Source of the DNA: an uncultured virus (IMG/VR IMGVR_UViG_3300028629_000006)
Lineage: Duplodnaviria > Heunggongvirae > Uroviricota > Caudoviricetes
Reading direction: 5' to 3' (one strand)
Length of the DNA: 64,000 nt
Virus record (IMG/VR): IMGVR_UViG_3300028629_000006
This document shows positions 8,927-17,989 of the stretch, one piece after another. The notes under the pieces were generated by a model. It worked only from the letters and a program-made list of their open reading frames with translations, was not told the origin of the DNA and did no database searches. Each line of letters starts with the position of its first letter. Positions within the stretch are counted from its first letter, which is position 1. The translations under genes were made by a program, and so were the position numbers.

Positions 8927-9502
8927 CTAGCTCCGCACCGAGTTTTGCCAGATCCTGGCAAGTTGAGGCCGGCCGATCTCCAGGGCCGGCCCCATGAACG
9001 ACCGCCGGGGATACCTCCGCGGCTTCGTGCTTTGCACCGGCCGCTGGGCGGCGGGGAGCTTCTTGGCCTCGGCCTCCGCCCGGGCGACCTGCTTCTGCGT
9101 CTTCAGCTTCACCACCACGGGCTTGCCGCCGTCCACCGCGATAGGCCCGTGGCCGCCGACCTCGAACTTCCAGTTGGCCTTCCGGCCCTTGCGCTTCTTC
9201 GGCGGCTCCGTGCCGCCGAACTCATGGGTGCGCCCGATCCGGCCAATTGCCGTCGCCGACGGCCCGATCACCACCCGCTCCTGGCCCTTCTCCACCGCGT
9301 AGAGGATCGCGTTCTTGAGGCGCCCCTTCCGGCTGTGCGGCTGATGCCCGGGCGCCGCGGGGTCGGCGGAGACCTTGATGCTCCGCCGGGCGATGCCGCG
9401 CAGATAGGCCCCGGCCTTGCCCAGGCTCCGCGTCGAGCCAGACCGGCTCGCGCGCACCACCCGCCGCGAGTCCATCCGCGTCCGGACTTTCATCCCGACC
9501 AC
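8927..9502 (-). CDS. Tail completion/virion morphogenesis protein (HK97 gp10/Mu gpG-like)
   Basis: Basic protein with GRLKNAI, HEFGG and YPRRSFMGPALE motifs. Confidence 0.75.
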   Translation of the reverse strand: MVGMKVRTRMDSRRVVRASRSGSTRSLGKAGAYLRGIARRSIKVSADPAAPGHQPHSRKGRLKNAILYAVEKGQERVVIGPSATAIGRIGRTHEFGGTEPPKKRKGRKANWKFEVGGHGPIAVDGGKPVVVKLKTQKQVARAEAEAKKLPAAQRPVQSTKPRRYPRRSFMGPALEIGRPQLARIWQNSVRS

Positions 9503-9504
9503 GG

Positions 9505-9918
9505 TCAGAACCCCTGCGGCATCGCCCCGCGCGGGAAGCGCAGGTAATGGGCCTCTAACCAGGCGCTGCCGGCCGGCTGGCCGGAGCCGTTCTTCACGAA
9601 GGCCACGAGCCGCCCGCCGCCCGGGATGATCACCCGCTTGGTGACGTAGCAGTCCAAGAGGTCCAGGTCCGAGCCCGACCGCTCCTTGGTCATGGCCAGG
9701 TCCACCCAGGCCTTGTCGACGCCCACGATGGGCTCCATCTGGAGCACCGCGTAGCAGGGCGCGCTGTTGGGGACGTAGACGCTCACGGCGCTCAGCAACC
9801 AGTTCTCGTCTGCGGGCACCGTCGAGCCGTGGATGGTGACGCTGCCGCCCGCGGGCACCACGCCCTCCACTTCCTCCAGGAAGAGCGGCGGCATCCGGCC
9901 GATGTCCAGGTTCCACAT
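9505..9918 (-). CDS. Hypothetical beta-rich protein in the neck region
   Basis: 137 aa ORF tightly packed between the neck genes. Confidence 0.6.
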   Translation of the reverse strand: MWNLDIGRMPPLFLEEVEGVVPAGGSVTIHGSTVPADENWLLSAVSVYVPNSAPCYAVLQMEPIVGVDKAWVDLAMTKERSGSDLDLLDCYVTKRVIIPGGGRLVAFVKNGSGQPAGSAWLEAHYLRFPRGAMPQGF

Positions 9919-9922
9919 GGCG

Positions 9923-10354
9923 CTACTCCGTGATCCGGAAGGTGAAGGTGAGGACGCTGGTGAACTGCCGCAGCTCGGCCAGGTGCTCCTGGCTGTAGAT
10001 GGGCACGTTCTCGGTCTTCCGCCAGATGGCCTGATGGTAGGTGCCGAGGCGCTTGAGCTTGAAAAGCTCGGCGATCTCCTCGACCAGGCCCACGAGCGGG
10101 TCGATCTCCGCGGCGTCGGCCGCCTGCAGCTTCTTCTGGACCGCCACATCGACCTTGATCTCGCGCGGCGTGCCAGCTCGCGAGCCGAGTTCCTGCTCCA
10201 GCCCCTTGGGCACCACGGTCACGTGCAGGTCCTTCATCTCGGCCAGGTCGAAGACCGGCGCATAGGCCCGCGCCGCCGTGACCGGCATGGAGAGCGTCGC
10301 CGCGTTGATCTCGGCAACCACCGCATCGGCCACACGCAGGAGTGCCGCGGTCAT
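9923..10354 (-). CDS. Tail terminator-like protein
   Basis: Position; RVADAVVAEIN...FTSVLTFTFR pattern. Confidence 0.65.
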   Translation of the reverse strand: MTAALLRVADAVVAEINAATLSMPVTAARAYAPVFDLAEMKDLHVTVVPKGLEQELGSRAGTPREIKVDVAVQKKLQAADAAEIDPLVGLVEEIAELFKLKRLGTYHQAIWRKTENVPIYSQEHLAELRQFTSVLTFTFRITE

Positions 10355-10361
10355 GGCCGCC

Positions 10362-10466
10362 TCACCAAGCCAACTTCACGAGGATGGGCAGGAGCGTCAG
10401 CCCGAGGGCGACCGCCGCCACTACCACCGCCGCCCGACATGCTCCGCAAGGGTGCTCGCAACTCAT
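10362..10466 (-). CDS. Very small single-TM protein
   Basis: MSCEHPCGACRAAVVVAAVALGLTLLPILVKLAW; ATGA-coupled to the upstream gene. Confidence 0.35.
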   Translation of the reverse strand: MSCEHPCGACRAAVVVAAVALGLTLLPILVKLAW

Positions 10467-10735
10467 CGGCTCTCCTTCCCGCGCGAGCCGGCCATCTGCT
10501 CCAGGGCCCGCGTGTTCTTCTCCAGGGCCTCGAGCAAGGTCTCCCGGACCCACTTGTGGTCCCGCTCGATGGCCTCGCTCATGCGCTTCTCGCGCAGCCA
10601 GTCCCGCCAGAGAACGTAGCAGACCACCAGGCCCGCCAGGCCCCACTGGCACCACATCGCGCTGTCCCCGCCCACCGGCAGCGAGACGGCGAGCAGCGTG
10701 CCCATTCCCGTCTTCAAAGCGATGTCGGTGATCAC
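10463..10735 (-). CDS. BhlA/UviB-like holin-type membrane protein
   Basis: QWGLAGLVVCYVLWRDWLREKRM TM segment plus coiled tail (LEKNTRALEQM). Confidence 0.5.
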   Translation of the reverse strand: MITDIALKTGMGTLLAVSLPVGGDSAMWCQWGLAGLVVCYVLWRDWLREKRMSEAIERDHKWVRETLLEALEKNTRALEQMAGSRGKESR

Positions 10736-11115
10736 GGCGCGTCCTCCACGCCGACCTGCTTGGTGTGAATCCGGAGCGTGTGGCGGTAGAGGTCGGAGTA
10801 CCGCCACTCCGGCTCCTTGCCCGGGGCCATGACCTCGTAGACGAAGACCTTTCCGCCTGAGGTCTCGCGCACCTGATCGCCGCGCTTAGGCGTTGCCTCG
10901 ACCCCGCCAAGGACCAGGTCGCGGGCCAAGATCAGGAAGTCTCGCGTCTCGGTGTGCTCCGCGACCCCGTAGTCGTCGCGGACTTCGAAGACCGTCTTCC
11001 CGACCGTGGCCCGGACCTGGATGGCCTCCCCGGCGCGGACGTAGTGCACGAACCGCGTCGCGTGCTTCACGCGCTCGCGCTCCAGCCACTGCAGTCCGCG
11101 CTCGAGAAGGTCCAT
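10732..11115 (-). CDS. Head-tail joining/closure protein
   Basis: Position after the capsid; RDFLI, PKRGDQV and LRIHTK motifs. Confidence 0.7.
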   Translation of the reverse strand: MDLLERGLQWLERERVKHATRFVHYVRAGEAIQVRATVGKTVFEVRDDYGVAEHTETRDFLILARDLVLGGVEATPKRGDQVRETSGGKVFVYEVMAPGKEPEWRYSDLYRHTLRIHTKQVGVEDAP

Positions 11116-11122
11116 CGCCGCC

Positions 11123-11464
11123 CTACTGGCTCAGCCGGCCCCGGACGACCGCGTCAGCGTCTGCCGCGGCCTTCACCGCCTTGCCCAGGTACTTGTTGGC
11201 CCCGGCCTCCGAGTCGGTCTTGGCGACCGCCTCGGCGACGTCCCAGTAAAGCCTGATTCCCGCCGCGATGGCGCTGCCTACGCCCGTCGCCTTGGGGAAC
11301 TCGTAGACGCCGGTCACCGCGAGCGCCCCGGGCTGCCCCGCCTTGATCTCCCGGCCGGCCACGCCGACCAGGTCCTCCTGGACCACCACCGACCCGGCGG
11401 CCACATCCGCCGCCGGGGTGTAGTCCACGCTGTCGCCCCTCTGGATCAGGATCACCATGGCCAT
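11123..11464 (-). CDS. DUF2190-family capsid cement/decoration protein
   Basis: VDYTPAADVAAGSVVVQ..LVGVA..I.AG..GALAVTGVYEFPK. Confidence 0.85.
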   Translation of the reverse strand: MAMVILIQRGDSVDYTPAADVAAGSVVVQEDLVGVAGREIKAGQPGALAVTGVYEFPKATGVGSAIAAGIRLYWDVAEAVAKTDSEAGANKYLGKAVKAAADADAVVRGRLSQ

Positions 11465-11473
11465 CTCCTCCGC

Positions 11474-13801
11474 TTACGCCTCGCCCTTGTTCTTGAGCCC
11501 GCCGCGCGGGTCCTGCAGCGCCACGCCGAAGTCGTGGTAGCCGCGCATCCGGACGCCGAGGACGTTGAAGTCGGCCTCGGCCGTCTCGATCACCGGCGAC
11601 TCCTGGCCGTTCAGGAAAGCGACCTCGATCACCGGCAGGTCGTTCGGGTCGGCCAGCAAGTACCAGGCCTTCTGCGAGAAGCCCGCGTACTTCGGGTTCG
11701 AGAGGTAGCGGCTGACCTCCGCGCGGAACTTCCCCTGGTGCGGGTTCGAGACCGGGTACTTCACCCCGGCCGTGGTGTCGCGCAGCTCCAGGCTCCGGTT
11801 GAGCTGCGTGGCGATGGCCGACAGCGCCGGAGGCACCAGCACGATGGCCGGCATCACCCCGATGGGCTTGCCGTCGGAGTCCACCTGCTCCATGAAGGTC
11901 GTCTCGGCCTTGGTCAGGCCGTCGATGCCGAGCAGAGTATCCGCGCCGACGAGCAGGTTCTTGTTGCCGACGGTGAAGAAGGCGGCGTTGGCCAGGAACG
12001 CCGTCCAGAAGACGTCGTTGATCTTGAGCCCCGAGCCGCGCCCCAGCTTCCGGGGCACCAGCGTGATCGCCCCCAGGTCGTCGTTGATGATGTCGCGCCG
12101 GTCGATGCTGAGCAGCAGGCCGTAGGTGTCGGCCTTGTTGGTGTAGCTCTCGTTCCCCAGCGTCCCGTGCTTCATCTCCCCGCCCGGGGCGACCTGCTCG
12201 TACTGGTCGCGCCCCACCAGGCGGTAGCTCGTCACCGTCTTGAAGTCCGGGACGTTCCGCACCGCGCAGATGTTCCGCCAGGCGCGCTCGACCGAGAAGA
12301 AGCCCTCCAGCAGGAACTTGTTGGCCACGTTCGAGAGGATGCCGCCCAGGTCCACCGCCGAGAAGCCGGCCCGCACGTCGCGCCCGAATGCGTAGCGCAG
12401 CGCCTCACGGCTGTCCCGGAAGGTCCGCTCCGAGTAGCCGTTGGCCCAGGCCGCCTCCAGGAACAGCTCCTGCAGCCCGATCCCGCCGCGGAACCGCCGG
12501 CCGGCCTCGTCCAGGACCGCCTCGTCGTAGTGCTTCTCGGGCGCGGAGAGCCCCGCGGCCAGCGAGCAGGCCGCCTCCAGCATCGCCGCGCTGCAGGACC
12601 GCGCCTGGCTGCGGCCCGCCGAGATGCGCACGTCGGCCTGCGGCCGGCCCTCGCGCATCGCCTTCAGCACCTTCTGGCTCGTCTCCTCGACGCCCCAGCC
12701 GGAGCGGATCGCCTCCCGCTCGATCTTGGGGAACTCCCCGGCGCAGACCTCCTGGATCGCGGCCACGCGCTCGCGCTCCGTCGCCACGGCGCCCTCGGCC
12801 GCCTCCCGGGCGGAAGGCGCCCCGGCGGCAACGGTGCGCACCGGCACCGCGCCCTCGGCCGCACCGTCGCCGGCAGCCGACGCCTTGCCCGCCTTCTCCG
12901 GGGCCTTGGGCGCCGGCGCCTTCTTCTTGCCCAGGTCCGGGGGCTCCTCGCCCTTCTCCCAGGCCGCCTTGAGCAGCGCGAGCTTCTCCTCGCCCAGCCC
13001 CTCAGCCTCGATCCCGTGCTCCTTCAGCCACTTCTCGAACTCCATCGCATTCCCTCCGTACAGGTTGAACCTTGCCGCGAGCGCCAGACGAGTGGAGGCG
13101 TCCGCGCCCACGGCGACGACCGACACCTCCCGCAAGACCGACTTCTTCACGTGGTAGAATGGCCCCTCGTGCATCCGGCCGTTGATCGACCGGCTGCCAC
13201 GCACGAGTTCCGAGTCGATGACTTCCGCGCCGATAGAGAGCTGCCAGTCCGCGCCGGCCCGGGCCTGCTCCACGATCCCCTGGGCCTGGCCGCTCGAGGA
13301 GAGGATCTCTCCGTCGATGACCAGCGCCCGGTCCTCGACCCGCGCCCGGACCACGCCCACCCGGCTGCCAGTACGGTTGTCGTGGTTGGTGAGTAGCGGC
13401 ACGCTCTCCGGCACCGCCATCCCGGCCAGATCCACCACCACCGGATGCCGCCAGCCAGGCAGCCGCATCTTGCCGCCCGAGTAGGCTACGCCCATGACGC
13501 GCAACTTCCCGCCCTCGCCGGCGGCCTCGACCATCACGAACTCGTCCGCGGCGCCCTCGGCCTTGTCGGCGGCCGGCTCGAACAGGATGGGCTCGTGCCC
13601 ATGCTCCGTCAGCCATGCCTTGGCCTCGGCCGGCGTGAACCGCTCCGCGTCGAACCGGATCGCCTGCAGCTCGGCCTGGCCGTCCTGGGTGATGCCCCAT
13701 ACCGCGTCGATCCCGGGGCCGAACTTGTCGTTCTCCCGGCGGAACCGCGCGTACTTGGCGGGGTCGTTGAGGCGTGCAGCGTGCTCGCGGGGGTAAGGCA
13801 T
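11474..13801 (-). CDS. Prohead protease-scaffold-major capsid fusion (Mu gpT-like capsid)
   Basis: HK97-type protease motifs (PLLTNHD, WQLSIGA, LREVSVV.VGAD), Ala/Lys-rich linker, capsid motifs (VPDFK, IINDDLGA, EVAFLNGQESP, HDFGV). Confidence 0.9.
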   Translation of the reverse strand: MPYPREHAARLNDPAKYARFRRENDKFGPGIDAVWGITQDGQAELQAIRFDAERFTPAEAKAWLTEHGHEPILFEPAADKAEGAADEFVMVEAAGEGGKLRVMGVAYSGGKMRLPGWRHPVVVDLAGMAVPESVPLLTNHDNRTGSRVGVVRARVEDRALVIDGEILSSSGQAQGIVEQARAGADWQLSIGAEVIDSELVRGSRSINGRMHEGPFYHVKKSVLREVSVVAVGADASTRLALAARFNLYGGNAMEFEKWLKEHGIEAEGLGEEKLALLKAAWEKGEEPPDLGKKKAPAPKAPEKAGKASAAGDGAAEGAVPVRTVAAGAPSAREAAEGAVATERERVAAIQEVCAGEFPKIEREAIRSGWGVEETSQKVLKAMREGRPQADVRISAGRSQARSCSAAMLEAACSLAAGLSAPEKHYDEAVLDEAGRRFRGGIGLQELFLEAAWANGYSERTFRDSREALRYAFGRDVRAGFSAVDLGGILSNVANKFLLEGFFSVERAWRNICAVRNVPDFKTVTSYRLVGRDQYEQVAPGGEMKHGTLGNESYTNKADTYGLLLSIDRRDIINDDLGAITLVPRKLGRGSGLKINDVFWTAFLANAAFFTVGNKNLLVGADTLLGIDGLTKAETTFMEQVDSDGKPIGVMPAIVLVPPALSAIATQLNRSLELRDTTAGVKYPVSNPHQGKFRAEVSRYLSNPKYAGFSQKAWYLLADPNDLPVIEVAFLNGQESPVIETAEADFNVLGVRMRGYHDFGVALQDPRGGLKNKGEA

Positions 13802-13802
13802 G

Positions 13803-15260
13803 CTACTCCTCCTCCCCGTCGGCCGCGGGCGCCGCTACGGCCGCGCCCTTGCTCGAGTCCCAGGGCTGAGGCAAGCCGCGCCGCTTCCGACTATCGGCCT
13901 CCCGCTGCCGCTGGGCCTGGTGATCCTCCCAGTCCACCCCGCGCTTGGCCTGGTACTCGGCCTCGGTCATGAGGCCAGCCTTCAGGAGCTTCTCGGCCGC
14001 GGTCGCCTCCTTCGCCGGGTCCACGTGCTCGAAGCCGTCCCAAAACCACTGGTGGTCGGGCAGAATGCGCTCCAGCCCCTGCGTCGGGACGTAGTCCACC
14101 GCGCCCACGGCGAGCGCGTACTCCCACAGCCAGGCGGCGAGCACGCGGTCGAGCACGCGCTCGGCCATGAAGGCCTGCTCCACTCGGATGCACTTAAAAT
14201 AGGTCTGGTGGTCGAGGCGACCCGAGGCGTAGTTGTAGCCCGAGGAATTGCCCGCGGCGATGTTGTAGGGCATGCAGATGCAGCGCACGATCTCGTTCAG
14301 GATCTCCCGCTTGAACTCCCCATAGGTCGTCGCCGGCTGCATCGGCTCCACCTGGCTCATCTTCCAGCCGCCAGGCATGGTCATCAGCATGTTGCGCTCA
14401 AGCTCAATGGAGTCCATCGGCTCGACCGAGTCGGCCTCGCCGTTGGCCGGCGCGTCGGTGTAGAGGATGCCCGCGAAGTCGGCCGCCGCCTCGGCCGCCG
14501 AGATCACCGCGAGCGTGAAGCGCCGGAGCTGCGCGAAGAGCGGCAGGGCCGGCGTAATCTCCGGCACCCCGCGGTGCTGCCCCGGCCGGTCCAGCCGGAA
14601 GACGTGGATCATGTGCGACGCCGGGATCGTGAAGTACTCCTCCCGGAGCCGCCGACTGAGCGCCCCGGGATGCTCGGCCATCACCCGGTAGGCAGCCGGG
14701 TTCCCGTACTCGTCCAGCATCACGCCGTCGACCTCGGCGTCGTCCAAGAGCCCCCCGAACGGGCTCGTCACCTGGTCGGCCTCCACCAAGCGCAGATCGA
14801 GCTTCACCGTGTGGGCCAGGACGGGGTTGTTGGCCAGGATGGCGAATGCCTCGCCGTCCTGCACCCGCGCCATCCGCATGGTCCGGAGCTTCTCGGCCAG
14901 TGATACCGCCCGCGCCCAGCGGTCGAACTCCCGCTCCACCTCGCGGTTAGCTGCGTCGTCCCCGGTGAGCATCTGTAGGCGCGGACCCGTCCCCACCGTA
15001 TCGTTGGCCAGCGTCAGGACGATCCCCTTGGCATAGGAGTTGTTCGCGACCTCGTAGCGGCAGCGCATCCGCAGCGTCCGGCGCACCTCGGGGCTCGCCG
15101 CCGCGTCCGGCGAGAGCGAGTCCGCATTCGCCCAGTGACGGCGGTTGTCGTCGGTGGTCGCGGCCGAGTCGAAACGGGCGCGCAGCCGCCGCACGGGCAC
15201 CGCCCGCAGGCGCGAGAGCACCACCGACTTTCGGTCCGCGGTCGTTGCGATCATCAGCAC
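13803..15260 (-). CDS. Lambda-family portal protein
   Basis: RYEVANNSYAKG, GQHRGVP, NYASGRLD and HVDPAKEA motifs. Confidence 0.92.
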   Translation of the reverse strand: MLMIATTADRKSVVLSRLRAVPVRRLRARFDSAATTDDNRRHWANADSLSPDAAASPEVRRTLRMRCRYEVANNSYAKGIVLTLANDTVGTGPRLQMLTGDDAANREVEREFDRWARAVSLAEKLRTMRMARVQDGEAFAILANNPVLAHTVKLDLRLVEADQVTSPFGGLLDDAEVDGVMLDEYGNPAAYRVMAEHPGALSRRLREEYFTIPASHMIHVFRLDRPGQHRGVPEITPALPLFAQLRRFTLAVISAAEAAADFAGILYTDAPANGEADSVEPMDSIELERNMLMTMPGGWKMSQVEPMQPATTYGEFKREILNEIVRCICMPYNIAAGNSSGYNYASGRLDHQTYFKCIRVEQAFMAERVLDRVLAAWLWEYALAVGAVDYVPTQGLERILPDHQWFWDGFEHVDPAKEATAAEKLLKAGLMTEAEYQAKRGVDWEDHQAQRQREADSRKRRGLPQPWDSSKGAAVAAPAADGEEE

Positions 15261-15448
15261 GCCCCCGGCGGGATCATCTTGGTGCGCCGCACGCCAAGGC
15301 CCTTCCGGGCCGCGTCCTTCGATGCCAGATACCGGTCGGCCTCGATCTGCTCGCGCAATGAGTGCTGCTCCATCTCGCCGGAGTCGCCCTTGGCCCGACG
15401 AGGGCCCCGGGCATTGCGGCGGATCGAGTTCTCAAGACTCCTGGCCAT
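15254..15448 (-). CDS. Small head-completion (gpW-like) protein
   Basis: Directly upstream of the portal gene; GGAGGAG RBS; EQHSLREQIEADRYL. Confidence 0.65.
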   Translation of the reverse strand: MARSLENSIRRNARGPRRAKGDSGEMEQHSLREQIEADRYLASKDAARKGLGVRRTKMIPPGAC

Positions 15449-15465
15449 GCACTCCTCCGATATGA

Positions 15466-15498
15466 CAGAGGGCAGTCTCTGGCAGGGGTGGGGACAGG
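15466..15498 (-). promoter_or_regulatory. Candidate late promoter (type 1 motif CCTGTCCCC-N15-TGCCCTCTG)
   Basis: Both 9-mers and the 15-bp spacing are identical to the copies at 32679-32711 and 36982-37014; ends 17 bp before the gpW-like start. Confidence 0.75.
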
Positions 15499-15623
15499 AG
15501 AAGTCGAAGACTGGGCGGGTTGTTACACCGGTAGAACCTCCCGGCCCAGGCCCCTCAGGCCCGAACCTTGACAAGGGCAACCCCCTGCGGACAATCGCCG
15601 GCAACTGCTGGGAAGGGCACTCG

Positions 15624-16340
15624 ATGCCAAGCAGAGTAAACATCAGGCGCATCTTGGCGGAGGCTATGCACCGCAATCTGCCGGATTTTCTGCCCATGCT
15701 GGAGGAGAAGCATGGCTACTGGTTTCGACGTCCGCCTGTTGGACACGGATTGCTGTATAACGTCGTTCTGGTCTGCCATGCGGTGAAACCTCCTTGTCTC
15801 TCGGCAGACGTCTACGCGGGGGTACTCTCCATGTGGGACCGGCAATATGGGCGGCACCTACTTCAACGGTCAACCGGCTTGCCGAACCTTCGCCTCGGCT
15901 CGCAGGCAATTCCGGTCGAAGAGAGCTCCTATCCATACGACGGCTCCGAATCTGGCGCCGTCACAGCTGTCTCGCGCATAGTGGCAGAGCTTGGTCAGTT
16001 TGCCGTGCCGTGGTTTGAAGAGGCAGAAAGATCGCTGGCGGAAGACCCTCTGGTCAAGTGCGCGCTGGATTGGCTTGCCAAGCGATGGCGGGACATTCCG
16101 GCCGATGTGGCAGATCAGATGGACGCGGCCTTTCGGAAAGCGAACCACAAGCCCCAGGATGTCGATCATCCCCTGCTGAATGAACTCAAAGCCTTCCTCC
16201 GATCAGCAGGCCAGAGTCTTCCGATCACGCCGCAGCACAGGAAGGAGATTTCGATCCTCGCAATCCAGACTCTGGAGTACGCGCAGGAGCGGAAACGGAC
16301 GTCAAACCAGTTCCCCCTGGAAGATGGGAGGAGCTCCTGA
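15624..16340 (+). CDS. Accessory hypothetical protein (DUF4304-like/immunity-like)
   Basis: Antisense to the phage genes, lower GC; GYWFRR...ELGQFAVPWFEE pattern. Confidence 0.6.
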   Translation: MPSRVNIRRILAEAMHRNLPDFLPMLEEKHGYWFRRPPVGHGLLYNVVLVCHAVKPPCLSADVYAGVLSMWDRQYGRHLLQRSTGLPNLRLGSQAIPVEESSYPYDGSESGAVTAVSRIVAELGQFAVPWFEEAERSLAEDPLVKCALDWLAKRWRDIPADVADQMDAAFRKANHKPQDVDHPLLNELKAFLRSAGQSLPITPQHRKEISILAIQTLEYAQERKRTSNQFPLEDGRSS

Positions 16341-16378
16341 TGGGCTTCTTCAGTGCCTGCAGAGAGTGATTAGCCATC

Positions 16379-16765
16379 ATGGAACCGGGACAGCTTTTCA
16401 TTGAACGCCGCATCTTGGAATCGTCTGCCACTGAGATGCTTAACTACCGCGCCCACGAGCCGTTGGTCTACCGGATGGTTTGCCAGTTCGAACCGGCGAG
16501 CGGCCATAAACAACTTGTTCTCAACGAAGTGCCGTCCGCAATACGTAAGCGACTGGACTGCCTCCTTGAATTCTGCGAGAACAACCCGGGGACATCCTTC
16601 GTCGCGGATTCGGTTCTGGACGGCGTTTCATACACAGTCCGATACAGCCGGAAGACTTGGCATCTTTTTTGCCCCGACCTCGCGGAGATGGCTGATGTCA
16701 AGCGCGTCGGGGAGCTTCTCGATGCCTTGTTTGATGAACTGGAGAAGCAGAGGGCAGAATGTTAG
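16379..16765 (+). CDS. Accessory hypothetical protein
   Basis: Lower-GC ORF in the plus-strand cassette. Confidence 0.55.
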   Translation: MEPGQLFIERRILESSATEMLNYRAHEPLVYRMVCQFEPASGHKQLVLNEVPSAIRKRLDCLLEFCENNPGTSFVADSVLDGVSYTVRYSRKTWHLFCPDLAEMADVKRVGELLDALFDELEKQRAEC

Positions 16766-17097
16766 AGCTGCACAAGTTGAGCTGCAATCTCACGCAGCGG
16801 GATATTGACCTAGTCGTGGACCATGATTGGGTTGGTCCCGAGACTACGTCTATTCTCGACATCTGCGCCTGCGCGGAGGCGCAGAGTGGCGGTTGTCACC
16901 GGATAGGATGCGTCTTCATGTCTTCGCGAGGTCCAGGGGCGCCGGAGTCCCTTTGCGGCGATCCTATCCCCCTGCGCCTTCGCAACGTGCCAGGCGGAAC
17001 CGAGTTCCCATTTGACGAGCATCAATTCAAGCAGAAACTCGGAATCACGACCCTGGAGCTCAGTCTCGAAACAGAGGGTGAGGAGGAACGCAAGTAG
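16759..17097 (+). CDS. Accessory hypothetical protein
   Basis: Overlaps the previous ORF; acidic, Cys-containing. Confidence 0.5.
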   Translation: MLELHKLSCNLTQRDIDLVVDHDWVGPETTSILDICACAEAQSGGCHRIGCVFMSSRGPGAPESLCGDPIPLRLRNVPGGTEFPFDEHQFKQKLGITTLELSLETEGEEERK

Positions 17098-17382
17098 ATG
17101 TTCGGTTTCATCCGGAACTGGTCACGCGCCCGCGCGGAGAATAAGCGCCTGATTGAACTGACGCGCGAAGCATTTCACTCCAAGTATCCGGATAGATATA
17201 TGGTTGGCTGGAACATCCGCCCTCAGCGATTGCCCACTGGCGACGCTGTTGTCACGATCTGTTGGAGCCAAGCGCGTCCTCCGCGCCGCACGTGGTGGCG
17301 AATTCCCAAGGGAACGGACACGGCTACAGAATTGAGCGGGGAAGAGGCACAGGCATTGGTGGACATTCCACCGTGGCGATAG
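17098..17382 (+). CDS. Accessory hypothetical protein
   Basis: Starts directly after the previous stop (TAGATG); MFGFIRNW N-terminus. Confidence 0.6.
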   Translation: MFGFIRNWSRARAENKRLIELTREAFHSKYPDRYMVGWNIRPQRLPTGDAVVTICWSQARPPRRTWWRIPKGTDTATELSGEEAQALVDIPPWR

Positions 17383-17454
17383 ACACCGCAGCTGCCCCTG
17401 CACCCGCTCCGGGTGCGGGGAAGATGGTGCCGGGGAGTCTTGAGGAGGGAGCCC

Positions 17455-17946
17455 ATGTCGCTAGCATCTGACCTGCCACGGATGGATGACGAGTCCCTTG
17501 CTGATGCTTGCGTATATATCGACTGGCGCGAAGAGGAGGAGGCTATCGTTGAGTACTTCGCCGAGAAACTGGATGAGGCTGACAAGCTAGCGGCGATATG
17601 GAAAGGTGACGAACTGTGGATCGTCTACAACGGCAAGGAACACAAGCTACCCTTGACGATCTCGCCCAAGGACCGGTCTGTAGCCCTCAGTTCTTTGGCC
17701 GTCGTGCTGCAACCGAAGTACGAGTTCCGTTTCCTGCTACAGTCCGCAGGAAGCGATACACTCAGTTTCCTCCTCTTGCGCCGCGAGGAATGGGAGGAGT
17801 TGACCCGTTCGCATCCCGATTGGCTCAACCGGCATTTTGAGCCCATGAAGATCGGGCATGACTACTTCGGGGATGAAGAAATCCCATATGTGGGCCGCGA
17901 GGGCGCTCTGCCGAAGGCCAACAAACCTTGGTGGCGATTCTGGTAG
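17455..17946 (+). CDS. Accessory acidic protein with C-terminal KPWWRFW
   Basis: Strong GAGGAGG RBS; IDWREEEEAIVEYF; KPWWRFW tail common in immunity-like proteins. Confidence 0.7.
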   Translation: MSLASDLPRMDDESLADACVYIDWREEEEAIVEYFAEKLDEADKLAAIWKGDELWIVYNGKEHKLPLTISPKDRSVALSSLAVVLQPKYEFRFLLQSAGSDTLSFLLLRREEWEELTRSHPDWLNRHFEPMKIGHDYFGDEEIPYVGREGALPKANKPWWRFW

Positions 17947-17989
17947 GCGATCTCTATGCCCATATCCAGTGATTGTGGAGCAGCAGTGA

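Noticed and set aside
15135..15623. N-terminal extension of the 401-aa ORF
   Set aside because: Overlaps the portal, gpW-like gene and late promoter; the ATG at 15624 is the plausible start.
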